DNA of 64,000 nucleotides from Candidatus Poseidoniaceae archaeon (GTDB lineage: Archaea; Thermoplasmatota; Poseidoniia; Poseidoniales; Poseidoniaceae): positions 96,001 to 160,000 of the forward strand of contig CBFIJH010000001.1 in assembly GCA_965662895.1 (NCBI GenBank), read 5' to 3'. The position numbers and the translations under genes were made by a program. This document shows positions 36,342 through 45,920 of the stretch, one piece after another. Positions within the stretch are counted from its first letter, which is position 1. Each line of letters opens with the position of its first letter. The notes under the pieces are model-generated. The model was not told the origin of the DNA and did not search any database. It saw only the letters and a program-made list of their open reading frames with translations.

Positions 36342-37541
36342 TCATGCCATTGGTAACCGCTTGACCGGCTCAGGTGGAATATATTCAGAAAAGTGAGTGT
36401 ACGTTGTATTGCGTTTAATCGGCGTACATTTTGCATTGTGGATGAGTTTTGCAAGTTGCTGAAGGTCGTGTGTCAACGGTGTGGTTGAACCTGCAAGATG
36501 CATAATGGATTCTTGTTGAACCGTTCCATCAATGTCATCGGCCCCAAATTGTAGCGCTAATTCAGCAAGTTCATCGCCAATATTCATGCGATAGGCTTTG
36601 ATGTGGGGAATGCTCTCAAGCAAAATCCTTGATACTGCGATCACTCGTAAGATTTCCTGTCCAGTCGAAAGTTGAGCCATGGGGAGACGTGTTGAATCAG
36701 GCAGGAATGGATAAGGAACAAAACATTGGAATCCGTTTGTTTGATTTGCTAGGTCTCTTAGTTTCAAGATGTGGTCAACTCTCTGGGAGGCTGTTTCGAT
36801 TGTACCAAAGAGCATTGTGCAGTTGCTGGGAAGACCAAGTTCATGCGCAGTTCTGTGAATGTCCAGATATTCTTGGCTTGACTCTTTCCCGTTGCATATG
36901 ACTGCTCGAACCTCATCATCAAGAATCTCTGCACCGCCGCCAGGAAGCGATGTAAGGCCTGCTTTCTTCAACACATCGAGTGTCGTTCCAATTGAAAGAT
37001 TCGAGATTTCAGCAAGATGCTTGATCTCAACTGCTGTTAATGCCTTGATGGACACGTGTGGATGTTCTTTGCGAATGCGCTTGAAGAGTTCTGAATAGTG
37101 TTCGACAGTCCATTCCGGATGAAGGCCCCCAACAGAGTGTACTTCATCGACAAAAGGTGAAAATTTGGTTAATTCTTCCATGTAAGCGTCGATGGATAAC
37201 GCATACGCATCATCTGCTTTTGGTCCTCGTCGAAATGCACAAAAGCGACAGGCTAGAACGCAGACATTTGTTTGATTAATGTGGACATTTGAATTAAAAA
37301 ATGCCTTGTCACCAAACATTGCAGTTTTGAAATGATGGGCTAATTTTCCGATCTCAAACAAATTTGGTTCTTCAAAGAGTTGTATTCCATCAGCATGATC
37401 GAGTTCTTGGTCATCAAGAATTATATCAACGATTCTTTGAACAGATTTTGCCCACTCATCGTTCTTCAGTTTGGTTTTGAGAATAGCCCTCCAATCTGGA
37501 TTGCGGCCGGCTACATCAGGTGTAGAGGACCATTCTTTCAT
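36342..37541 (-). CDS. mqnE: Aminodeoxyfutalosine synthase (radical SAM, CofH/MqnE family)
   Basis: TNVCVLACRFCAF, EVHSVGGLHP, IKALTAVEI, PGGGAEI, HIKAY, FGADDIDGT; directly upstream of mqnA. Confidence 0.82.
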   Translation of the reverse strand: MKEWSSTPDVAGRNPDWRAILKTKLKNDEWAKSVQRIVDIILDDQELDHADGIQLFEEPNLFEIGKLAHHFKTAMFGDKAFFNSNVHINQTNVCVLACRFCAFRRGPKADDAYALSIDAYMEELTKFSPFVDEVHSVGGLHPEWTVEHYSELFKRIRKEHPHVSIKALTAVEIKHLAEISNLSIGTTLDVLKKAGLTSLPGGGAEILDDEVRAVICNGKESSQEYLDIHRTAHELGLPSNCTMLFGTIETASQRVDHILKLRDLANQTNGFQCFVPYPFLPDSTRLPMAQLSTGQEILRVIAVSRILLESIPHIKAYRMNIGDELAELALQFGADDIDGTVQQESIMHLAGSTTPLTHDLQQLAKLIHNAKCTPIKRNTTYTHFSEYIPPEPVKRLPMA

Positions 37542-37562
37542 GGTAATCCCTTGGACTCATTC

Positions 37563-37570
37563 TTCATGAA
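37563..37570 (-). promoter_or_regulatory. Putative promoter box TTCATGAA at -29..-22 from mqnE ATG
   Basis: Fixed-spacing octamer. Confidence 0.55.
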
Positions 37571-37589
37571 GATGTGCATGCAACCATGT

Positions 37590-40487
37590 TCAGTGACGAA
37601 TCTTAAAGAAACCTGAATTCATCATGAATTTCCGGAACTCTTCAACCAAGAACACCGTTGAAGCTACCAAAACCAAAACCAGCCAATCGATGCCTTCGAG
37701 TGGTGTTGTACTGAGAAGATTTCCAAACTCGATACCGATAATTGGAAGTTGGAATGTGGCGAAATGAACGAACAAGAAGAGAAGGAACCCAGAAGCAAGA
37801 ATGGCGTAGTTAATTGCGCGGTTTGAGAACAAACCTAACGAGAAGAGACTTTCCTTTTCAGATCGGCAATTCAGAACATTGAACAACTGGTAGACAATAA
37901 ACACAGAGAAAGTCATGGTCTGGGCGGAAGCGAATGTCGAATCTGCATACGAACTCCATGCACTTAATGCAGGCTCGTTCCCTGCTTCACAATCCGCAAC
38001 GGAAAAACCGGCATCTGCTTCGGTTGCAAACGGAGCGAGGGTACATTCGTTTCCATACACACCGCCACCAGCGAGATAGAAAACAATTAACGTTCCAATG
38101 ACCATAACTGCACCAAGATAGAAAATAAGGCTGATGTCCTTTGGACTCGGCAATCCTTCATCGACTGGACGAGGTGGTCGAGCCATGACATCCCCGTGGC
38201 GTTTTTCAACACCAAGAGCAACTGCAGGTGGACCGTCCATCAAGATGTTGATGACGAGAATTTGTGTCGCTGTTAATGGCAATTCCCAGCCAAAAATGAA
38301 CGTCGAAATAACGATGAGTGCAACTGCAGCGACATTTGTCGATACTTGATAACGAACAAAGTTCCGAATATTCTGATAGATTTTCCTACCTTCCTCAACT
38401 GCATGAACAATGTTGGCAAAATTATCATCTTGCAGTACCATGTCTGCAGCATCTTTGGCAACATCCGTTCCTGCTACACCCATAGCGATTCCAATATTCG
38501 CACCTGATAATGCAGGAGCATCATTGACACCGTCACCGGTCATAGCAACAATTTCGCCTTGTTCTTGAAGGGATGAAACGATACGCATTTTCTGGTCAGG
38601 AGTGACACGTGAAAAAATTGCTTTTTCGACATTCATTGAGAGTTCATCATCGGACATGCTGCGTAAATCGGCTCCGCTAACTGGCTCAAATTCAGCGCCG
38701 TTTATCGATAGCTCTTGTCCAATGGATGATGCTGTCATGTGATGATCTCCCGTGATCATCTTGACCTTGATACCAGCATCCTGACAGATCCGAATCGCTT
38801 CCTTGACTTCAGGTCGGGGAGGGTCCATGATACCAACAAGACCAAGGAAAATCATATCACTTTCAACAACCGATACGTCGGTAATGTCCTCATCAGCGCC
38901 AAGTTTTTTCGCCGCCAAAGCGATGACACGCATTGATTGGGAACCCATTTCTTTGTTTCTTTTTGATGCTTCCTTCAGGTCATCCTCTGAAATTTTCACC
39001 AACTCGCCGTCCAAAAAGCGGTGCGTTGTAATTGGAACAAAACCTCCAGCAGCACCCTTTGCAAAGACCCAGCGTTCACCTTCGTATTCGTGAATGACAG
39101 ACATTCGCTTTCGTTCTGTGTCAAAGAAAAACTCATGGATGCGAGGATGACGCTGGGAAAATTTACGCACTTCTCCGTTCAATTTCCAGCCGAGAACTGC
39201 GCATGCAGAGTCAGTTGGATCACCAATAGCCGTCCAACGCCCGTCATTCTTACTGATCTGTGAGTTGTGACATAACGAAAGACATGCTGCAAGCAATCGG
39301 AATCCGGGATTGGATTGAAGGGTTGACATTGTCTCTTCATCGAGTTCAGTTCCATTAACACTCAACGCACCTTTTGGATTGAAGCCGTCCCCGGTTACGC
39401 CGTAGTATCCATCGACAGCGTGGAGTTGGCGAACTGTCATCTCGTTCTTCGTGAGCGTACCAGTTTTATCGGAACAAATGACAGTCGTCGAACCAAGTGT
39501 CTCAACAGCCTTCATTCTACGAACAATTGCTTTGTGTCTTGCCATATTTCGCATACCAAGAGATAGCGTAATGACAAGAATGATCGGCAAGCCTTCAGGT
39601 ACGATTGCGACAAAGATGGCGATGGCTGTGATGAATTGCTTGATCGCAACATCGCGCAACGGAATAGGGCCACCATAGGCAAGAATCAACTTGATGGAGA
39701 CAAGGAGAACTGCTACGACGAGAGCAATAAAACCAAGGAATCTACCCAAGGACTCCAGCTTAAGTTCGAGAGGCGTTTTAGGAGTTTGTGCTTCTGAGAT
39801 GTCGCTTGCGATTCGTCCGAGTTGCGTGCTCATGCCAGTTTCAGCGACAACACCGACCGCACGTCCTGTTGCGACTGTGGTGCCCATGTACAACATATTC
39901 CTACGATCTGCTAGAAGTGTGTTAACATCTATAGAGTCGAGATGTTTTGTAATTGGTTCTGATTCACCTGTCAGAGCAGATTCATCGACCCTACACTGAT
40001 ACACTTCAAGCAACCGTATATCTGCTGGTACGTTGATTCCCTCTTCTAACTTAACAATGTCTCCAGGGACCAGTTCTGTCGTAGGAATTTCTGATTCAAA
40101 TCCGTCTCTGAGCGTGATTGAATTGGAGATGCTCATTTGTTTAAGAGCGTCCATAGCTTGTTCTGCTTGTCCCTCCTGCCAAAAACCGAAGAATGCATTC
40201 GCTGTCAATACGAGGAAAATAAAGATCGCATCTCCGGGGTGGTCAGGCTTGATTGCTAAGGCAATAAGGGCAGCTGCAATCAGAAGATAATTGAGTGGAT
40301 CGTTGTATTGCGAGAGAAATCGAAGAAAGGCAGGCGTTGGTTCGGGCTGGTCGAGTTGATTTGGACCGTATTTCTTCATTCTCGAATGAATTTCACTTTG
40401 TGTTAATCCGTTTGGACTTGCATCCAAGACCGAAAGAACTTCGTCATCGCTCATCGAGTGCCAGTTCTGTTGAACCAAAAGAATCAC
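37590..40487 (-). CDS. P-type IIA cation (Ca2+) ATPase, SPCA/PMR1-like
   Basis: TGES, VPEGL, CSDKTGT, KGA, DPPR, MITGD, GDGVNDAP, INILMDGPPA. Confidence 0.92.
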   Translation of the reverse strand: MILLVQQNWHSMSDDEVLSVLDASPNGLTQSEIHSRMKKYGPNQLDQPEPTPAFLRFLSQYNDPLNYLLIAAALIALAIKPDHPGDAIFIFLVLTANAFFGFWQEGQAEQAMDALKQMSISNSITLRDGFESEIPTTELVPGDIVKLEEGINVPADIRLLEVYQCRVDESALTGESEPITKHLDSIDVNTLLADRRNMLYMGTTVATGRAVGVVAETGMSTQLGRIASDISEAQTPKTPLELKLESLGRFLGFIALVVAVLLVSIKLILAYGGPIPLRDVAIKQFITAIAIFVAIVPEGLPIILVITLSLGMRNMARHKAIVRRMKAVETLGSTTVICSDKTGTLTKNEMTVRQLHAVDGYYGVTGDGFNPKGALSVNGTELDEETMSTLQSNPGFRLLAACLSLCHNSQISKNDGRWTAIGDPTDSACAVLGWKLNGEVRKFSQRHPRIHEFFFDTERKRMSVIHEYEGERWVFAKGAAGGFVPITTHRFLDGELVKISEDDLKEASKRNKEMGSQSMRVIALAAKKLGADEDITDVSVVESDMIFLGLVGIMDPPRPEVKEAIRICQDAGIKVKMITGDHHMTASSIGQELSINGAEFEPVSGADLRSMSDDELSMNVEKAIFSRVTPDQKMRIVSSLQEQGEIVAMTGDGVNDAPALSGANIGIAMGVAGTDVAKDAADMVLQDDNFANIVHAVEEGRKIYQNIRNFVRYQVSTNVAAVALIVISTFIFGWELPLTATQILVINILMDGPPAVALGVEKRHGDVMARPPRPVDEGLPSPKDISLIFYLGAVMVIGTLIVFYLAGGGVYGNECTLAPFATEADAGFSVADCEAGNEPALSAWSSYADSTFASAQTMTFSVFIVYQLFNVLNCRSEKESLFSLGLFSNRAINYAILASGFLLFLFVHFATFQLPIIGIEFGNLLSTTPLEGIDWLVLVLVASTVFLVEEFRKFMMNSGFFKIRH

Positions 40488-40633
40488 CTCAGAAGTCGAC
40501 TTGGACTCCAGTAGGTTACCCTTTCTTGGTGGCTTTATGATTTTGATGGAGGAAATCCCATGAAATACTTCGCATGAATTTGTGCAAGAAGAAGGGCCGA
40601 ATCTTTCTCAAACTCCCTTGATTTGGAACCAAT

Positions 40634-42703
40634 ATGTCCGCGGAACACAACCCCTACATTCCAGCGGATGAAGAACCCAAAGAGCTCACACTCCGTGTCC
40701 TCATCGTCGGTGTTCTACTCGGCATCTTAATGACAGCAGCCAATGCGTATCTGGGACTTTATGCTGGAATGACAGTTTCAGCGAGCATACCAGCAGCGGT
40801 TATGTCGATGTTGATCTTGAGAAGTTTGTTCAAAGACGTGAGCATCCTCGAAAACAATGCAGTACAGACCATGGCTAGTGCTGGTGAATCTCTAGCTGCC
40901 GGTGTCATTTTTACCGTTCCTGCCATGTTGGTGATCGGTATATGGGTGGAGATAGAATGGTTTCCAACACTATCCATCGCTCTTCTAGGTGGCTTGCTTG
41001 GAACGATGTTTACCATTGCATTGCGCCGGTTGTTCATTGTCGAGGAAGCATTACCCTACCCCGAAGGTGTTGCTTGTCGAGAGGTACTCGTTGCAGGAGA
41101 AGAGGGTGGCAGTGGTGCTCTGGCGATCGTCTACGCACTTGGTATAGGTGCGCTCTACGGACTCATGGTCAAGGGTTTCAAAGTCACACACCACTCCGCA
41201 GAAGTTGCTTTTGAATTTATGAAAACAAGAATGTATGCTGGGATTGACCTCTCTGTGGCCTTGCTTTCCGTTGGATTCATTGTCGGAATCCGTATTGCAT
41301 CGTTTATTTTCTTGGGAGGAATTCTTGGATTTGGGATTCTTGTTCCTCTCTTTGGATATCTCAACGGTTGGCCAGAATCACCAACGCTTGCAGGTGGATT
41401 TGACAAACTCTGGTTGGAGCAGGTACGCTATGTTGGTGTTGGAGCAATGGTAGTTGGTGGAATTTACACACTGTGGAGTATGCGAAAAACCATCATAACT
41501 GGATTAAAGAAGTCCTTTGTTCAAAGCGAATCCGATACCGAACTCCATTTACGAACGGAAAAAGATCTACCGCTGAAGTGGGTTACGGTTGTTTGCGGAG
41601 TTCTTGTCGTCTTGACATTCTTCTTTTATTGGCTGATTACGGGATCACTGGTTCTTTCACTTGCTGGAGCGCTGTTCCTGGGATTTGTTGCGTTCTTTTT
41701 TGCAGCAGTAGCTGGCTACATTGCAGGGGTCGTAGGATCAAGCAACTCTCCTGTTTCAGGGATGACGATTGCAACGTTGTTGTTTACTGTCGGATTGGTT
41801 TGGATTGTCGGCTCCTTAATTCTCGGTCTATCGCAAACAGAACTCATGTATGCAACATTGCTCATAGCAGCAGTCGTGGCAAGTAGCGCTGCTATTGCTG
41901 GCGACGTCATGCAGGATCTGAAGACAGGTCATATGGTAGGCGCAACGCCTTGGCGTCAGCAAATTGCGGAGATTGTTGGAGTTGTTACCGGTGCGTTTGT
42001 TATTGGTCCAACGATTGCTCTTCTCCACAACGCTTTCCAAATATCATCGACAGCTTGCCAAGCAACAAACGAACGCATTCTCGCCGCAGGCAATGGTGGA
42101 GAGTTGTATGATTGCAGTGAGGCATTGTTCGCTCCACAAGCTGAACTCATTGGGGCGATTGTCAAAGGCGCTTTTGTCGGCGACATGAACCTGCCAATGG
42201 TTTTCCTTGGTGCCGCACTCGCTGTCGTTTTGATTCGTCTTTCAATGCCAGTCATGTCCGTAGCAATTGGAATTTATCTTCCGCTCAAACTCAGTGTTCC
42301 AATCATGCTTGGAGGTATTTTGTCCTCACTTGCTATCGGTGCGGCTTACTTACGCGTGGATGGGTCACTTGACAGTGAACCATCGAGTGAAGCACTGGAA
42401 GCAGCATCCGATGTCGAAAGCAGAGGTGTTCTCATTGGTGCAGGCTTTATTGCAGGGGAATCAATCCTTGGTGTTCTCATCGCCGTTCTCATTGTACTCA
42501 ACATCAATCTCGACAAGATTTTCGGTATCCACGAGTTATCACAAGGAATGTCACTCTTGTTCTTTGCGTGGTTCGTAGGCGTGTTCATATGGCTTGCAAC
42601 CAGGGCACTACCGGACGGTGGAAATCTAGCGAAGGAAATATTCGCTACAGCAACACATTCAGTCAAAAAATTCGTTCGTTCTCTACTCCCGCAATCAAAA
42701 TAA
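40634..42703 (+). CDS. OPT family oligopeptide transporter
   Basis: ELTLR, YLGLYAGMTVSASIPAAV, ENNAVQT, LPYPEG, SNSPVSG, MQDLKTG, APQA. Confidence 0.93.
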   Translation: MSAEHNPYIPADEEPKELTLRVLIVGVLLGILMTAANAYLGLYAGMTVSASIPAAVMSMLILRSLFKDVSILENNAVQTMASAGESLAAGVIFTVPAMLVIGIWVEIEWFPTLSIALLGGLLGTMFTIALRRLFIVEEALPYPEGVACREVLVAGEEGGSGALAIVYALGIGALYGLMVKGFKVTHHSAEVAFEFMKTRMYAGIDLSVALLSVGFIVGIRIASFIFLGGILGFGILVPLFGYLNGWPESPTLAGGFDKLWLEQVRYVGVGAMVVGGIYTLWSMRKTIITGLKKSFVQSESDTELHLRTEKDLPLKWVTVVCGVLVVLTFFFYWLITGSLVLSLAGALFLGFVAFFFAAVAGYIAGVVGSSNSPVSGMTIATLLFTVGLVWIVGSLILGLSQTELMYATLLIAAVVASSAAIAGDVMQDLKTGHMVGATPWRQQIAEIVGVVTGAFVIGPTIALLHNAFQISSTACQATNERILAAGNGGELYDCSEALFAPQAELIGAIVKGAFVGDMNLPMVFLGAALAVVLIRLSMPVMSVAIGIYLPLKLSVPIMLGGILSSLAIGAAYLRVDGSLDSEPSSEALEAASDVESRGVLIGAGFIAGESILGVLIAVLIVLNINLDKIFGIHELSQGMSLLFFAWFVGVFIWLATRALPDGGNLAKEIFATATHSVKKFVRSLLPQSK

Positions 42704-42756
42704 TCTGACGGTAATTATCAAAGGCTCAAAGCGATGGCCATTGTTTATTGGTCTGT

Positions 42757-43581
42757 ATGTCTGCATCAATCACGGAATTGGAGGAACTCGCTCGACGTTG
42801 TCGAATTGAAATTGTCAAAATGGTTCATCGCGCTCAAGCGGGCCATCCTGGCGGCTCACTTTCGGAAATCGACCTCATGGCTGCATTGTATTCAACTTCA
42901 TTGCGAGTACGGCCAGAAGAACCGGACTGGCCGGATCGTGATCGATTTATTCTTTCTAAAGGCCATGCATCACCTGGAATGTATGCTATTCTTGCAGAGA
43001 AGGGATTCATCCACCACGATGACCTACACTCGTATCGAGTACTTGGAGGAATATGTCAAGGACACGTCGATATGAAGTGGTGCCCAGGTGTTGATTTCAG
43101 TGCAGGCTCGCTTGGAATGGGCCTCTCTTTCGGCATGGGTTGTGCACTGGCTGCACGAATCGATGGAAGTGAGCGACGTGCGTTTGTCATGTTAGGCGAT
43201 GGTGAGATACAGGAAGGGTCGATATGGGAAGCGGCAATGGCAGCAACGCACCATGAACTCGGAAACCTGAAAGTAATTCTTGATCGAAACAGAATCCAGA
43301 ACGACGACTTTTGTGAAGCACAAATGCGTATGTTCGATATACCAGCAAAATGGAAGGCGTTCGGCTGGAATGTGATGGAGATTGATGGACACGACATGCA
43401 AGATGTTGTCAAAGGGATTGAATTTCTCGACAATACAAACGACGGCCCATCGATTTTGATTGCTCACACCATCAAGGGCAAAGGTGTATCCTACATGGAA
43501 GACAATCCATCGTTTCACGGAGCTGCACCGAACGATGAGCAATTTTCTCAGGCAATGGCTGAATTGGGGGCAATCGAATGA
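42757..43581 (+). CDS. Transketolase, N-terminal subunit
   Basis: GHPGGSLS, DRFILSKGH, GSLGMG, GDGEIQEG, IDGHD, TIKGKG, FHG. Confidence 0.94.
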   Translation: MSASITELEELARRCRIEIVKMVHRAQAGHPGGSLSEIDLMAALYSTSLRVRPEEPDWPDRDRFILSKGHASPGMYAILAEKGFIHHDDLHSYRVLGGICQGHVDMKWCPGVDFSAGSLGMGLSFGMGCALAARIDGSERRAFVMLGDGEIQEGSIWEAAMAATHHELGNLKVILDRNRIQNDDFCEAQMRMFDIPAKWKAFGWNVMEIDGHDMQDVVKGIEFLDNTNDGPSILIAHTIKGKGVSYMEDNPSFHGAAPNDEQFSQAMAELGAIE

Positions 43582-44516
43582 CACGAATGGCAGCAACTCG
43601 GGATGGTTACGGCCAGGCATTGCTTGAACTGGCAGAAAATGAGAAAGTGGTCGTTCTTGAAGCAGATTTAGGAAAATCAACGAAGTCTTTGCATTTCCGG
43701 AAACAGTATCCTGATCGAACAATCTCTTGTGGTATAGGCGAGCAAAACATGCTGCTCGTGGCTGCAGGAATGGCATCCAGTGGCTACATTCCATTTGCCT
43801 CAACATTTGCGATATTCACCGAACGAGCGTTTGAGCAAATGCGAAATGGCGTAGCCCGGCCAAACCTTCCAGTCCATTTGTGTGGTTCCCACGGTGGAAC
43901 ACACACGGGTACCGATGGTTCATCCGCACAATCCATTGAGGATTTAGCGATATACCGAACGCTACCAAACGTTACTGTTCTCCATCCATGCGATGATGTA
44001 AGCACTCGACTGTTAACCAAACAACTTGCGTCCTCAAACAATCCATCCTACATGCGAACCGCACGAAACAAAACACCCGTTATCTACGACGATGTTGATG
44101 AAACCTCCATTCAAGTTGGGAAGGGAATCGAACTACGCACCGGTGGTGACGTTGCGATTATTGCATGCGGAGTATTGGTATCCGAAGCACTCAATGCTGC
44201 AGATATTTTGCGTCAATCAGGAATTGAAGCAACAGTGATTGATATGCACACCATCAAACCACTCGATACAGAATTGGTTGACAAGGTTGCATCTCGTTGC
44301 GGGGCAATTGTAACGGCAGAAGATCATTCAATCATAGGAGGTTTGGGTGGTGCAGTCGCTGAACATCTTTCCAGTTCATCGTTGACTCCATTGGAGCGTG
44401 TTGGTGTTAAGGATCGATTCGGAGAATCTGGACAAGCGGATGAGATGCTTGAACTCATGGAGTTGAATGCTCCTCACATTGTCAAAGCTGTTCAAAGGGT
44501 CGTCAATCGGAAATGA
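43578..44516 (+). CDS. Transketolase, C-terminal subunit
   Basis: ATRDGYG, ADLGKST, GIGEQN, DGSSAQ, HTIKPLD, EDHSIIGGLG. Confidence 0.93.
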   Translation: MTRMAATRDGYGQALLELAENEKVVVLEADLGKSTKSLHFRKQYPDRTISCGIGEQNMLLVAAGMASSGYIPFASTFAIFTERAFEQMRNGVARPNLPVHLCGSHGGTHTGTDGSSAQSIEDLAIYRTLPNVTVLHPCDDVSTRLLTKQLASSNNPSYMRTARNKTPVIYDDVDETSIQVGKGIELRTGGDVAIIACGVLVSEALNAADILRQSGIEATVIDMHTIKPLDTELVDKVASRCGAIVTAEDHSIIGGLGGAVAEHLSSSSLTPLERVGVKDRFGESGQADEMLELMELNAPHIVKAVQRVVNRK

Positions 44517-44529
44517 TTGGACCATCATG

Positions 44530-44537
44530 TTCATGAA
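44530..44537 (+). promoter_or_regulatory. Putative promoter box TTCATGAA at -29..-22 from transaldolase ATG
   Basis: Fixed-spacing octamer. Confidence 0.55.
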
Positions 44538-44558
44538 TCGTCAATCTGAGCAGGCTCC

Positions 44559-45218
44559 ATGGAGTTCTTCCTCGATACTGCTGATGTTGACGAAATACGT
44601 GAAATTGCCGCCTGGGGAATCCTTGATGGTGTGACAACAAACCCTTCCCTTATCAAGAAAAGCGGTCGCGATTTCAAAGAAGTTGTTGGAGAGATTGCTG
44701 GCATTTGTTCAGGACCGATTTCCGCTGAAGTTACTGCAATGGATACGCAAGGAATGCTTGACCAGGCACGTCAATTAAAGTCTGAATTACCTGAAAATGT
44801 TATCATCAAGATTCCTTGCACCCCAGAAGGGCTTGCAGCAACCAAAGTTTTGACCGAGGAAAGAATCGACACCAACGTTACACTGATCTTTTCCGCTTCT
44901 CAGGCACTGATGGCAGCCAAAGCAGGGGCTACCTACGTTTCACCATTCATCGGTCGCATCGATGATACTGGGCACGATGGAATGAACCTCATCGCAGAAA
45001 TCATGGAGACTTGGGAAAAATACGATGTTTCGACAAAAGTGCTTGCAGCATCGATTCGTCATCCGACCCACGTGCTCCAATGCATGCAACTTGGCGCTCA
45101 CACGGCAACAATGCCAGCGAAAATTTTCAGGCAACTGATGAAGCATCCGCTTACAGACAAGGGCTTGGACGGATTCATGCGAGACTGGGCTGAAGTAGAA
45201 GCCGCAGGCAAGGCATAA
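44559..45218 (+). CDS. tal: Transaldolase (short TalC/FSA family)
   Basis: [21 protein letters not shown] (Schiff-base Lys), [18 protein letters not shown] (Phe variant), AASIR. Confidence 0.9.
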   Translation: MEFFLDTADVDEIREIAAWGILDGVTTNPSLIKKSGRDFKEVVGEIAGICSGPISAEVTAMDTQGMLDQARQLKSELPENVIIKIPCTPEGLAATKVLTEERIDTNVTLIFSASQALMAAKAGATYVSPFIGRIDDTGHDGMNLIAEIMETWEKYDVSTKVLAASIRHPTHVLQCMQLGAHTATMPAKIFRQLMKHPLTDKGLDGFMRDWAEVEAAGKA

Positions 45219-45287
45219 TCAAACAACCTTTCGAAAAGGAGCCTTCATGAATGATGGGGCACCAGACCAAACCAACGAGGGAGTGCT

Positions 45288-45863
45288 GTGAACGATATTC
45301 AAGAGCGTCTTCAAAAACTCCTCGATGGGGAGTTGGATGCAGTTGAAGTTGCAGAAGATCCTGCACTTGCATCTCTCGCTGACCGTCTATACGGAATCAA
45401 GATAAAGCCAGTTCAACCAAAGAAATTGCGAGATTTTGAAGAGACAACTGCACTGCCATCGGCACCACTGCCTGCGACGGATATGATGATTGAAGTCATT
45501 GGAGACGTTGCGCTTGACATACCTCCCGCACCAGCTGCAAATTTGCCATTACCGTCACCCTTACCGGAAGCCAAAGATTCGGCCACCAAGAAATCCTTTG
45601 GTGCAGTGAGTTATGTCTCGATGCTTGCTTTGTTCGCAGTTGTGATGAACATGTTTGGGTATCTCCACTCACTCGTTGGTTCAATGTGCACCAATGCATG
45701 TGCAAATGAAGGACATACGAAAATTAACCTTCTTGATATTTACAGACTCGATTCAATCAATGGATGGAGTCTTCCTGTCACAGAAGGCGTGATTGGAATT
45801 CCTGATATTATTGCTTGCTTCGGATTACTTGGAATAATCTTTGCGATGCGCAAGAAATCTTGA
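45288..45863 (+). CDS. Hypothetical membrane protein with two C-terminal TM helices
   Basis: GAGGGAG SD before GTG; Pro-rich linker; two hydrophobic segments with a CxxxC loop. Confidence 0.65.
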   Translation: MNDIQERLQKLLDGELDAVEVAEDPALASLADRLYGIKIKPVQPKKLRDFEETTALPSAPLPATDMMIEVIGDVALDIPPAPAANLPLPSPLPEAKDSATKKSFGAVSYVSMLALFAVVMNMFGYLHSLVGSMCTNACANEGHTKINLLDIYRLDSINGWSLPVTEGVIGIPDIIACFGLLGIIFAMRKKS

Positions 45864-45920
45864 ACAAACACATGAGTGATTCTCCGTCATCTTGATGAGC
45901 AAGCGATGAAAGGCCGTGAT

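Noticed and set aside
36342-37541. F420 biosynthesis CofH
   Set aside because: Adjacency to mqnA and mqnD and MqnE-type motifs favour menaquinone synthesis; no cofG nearby
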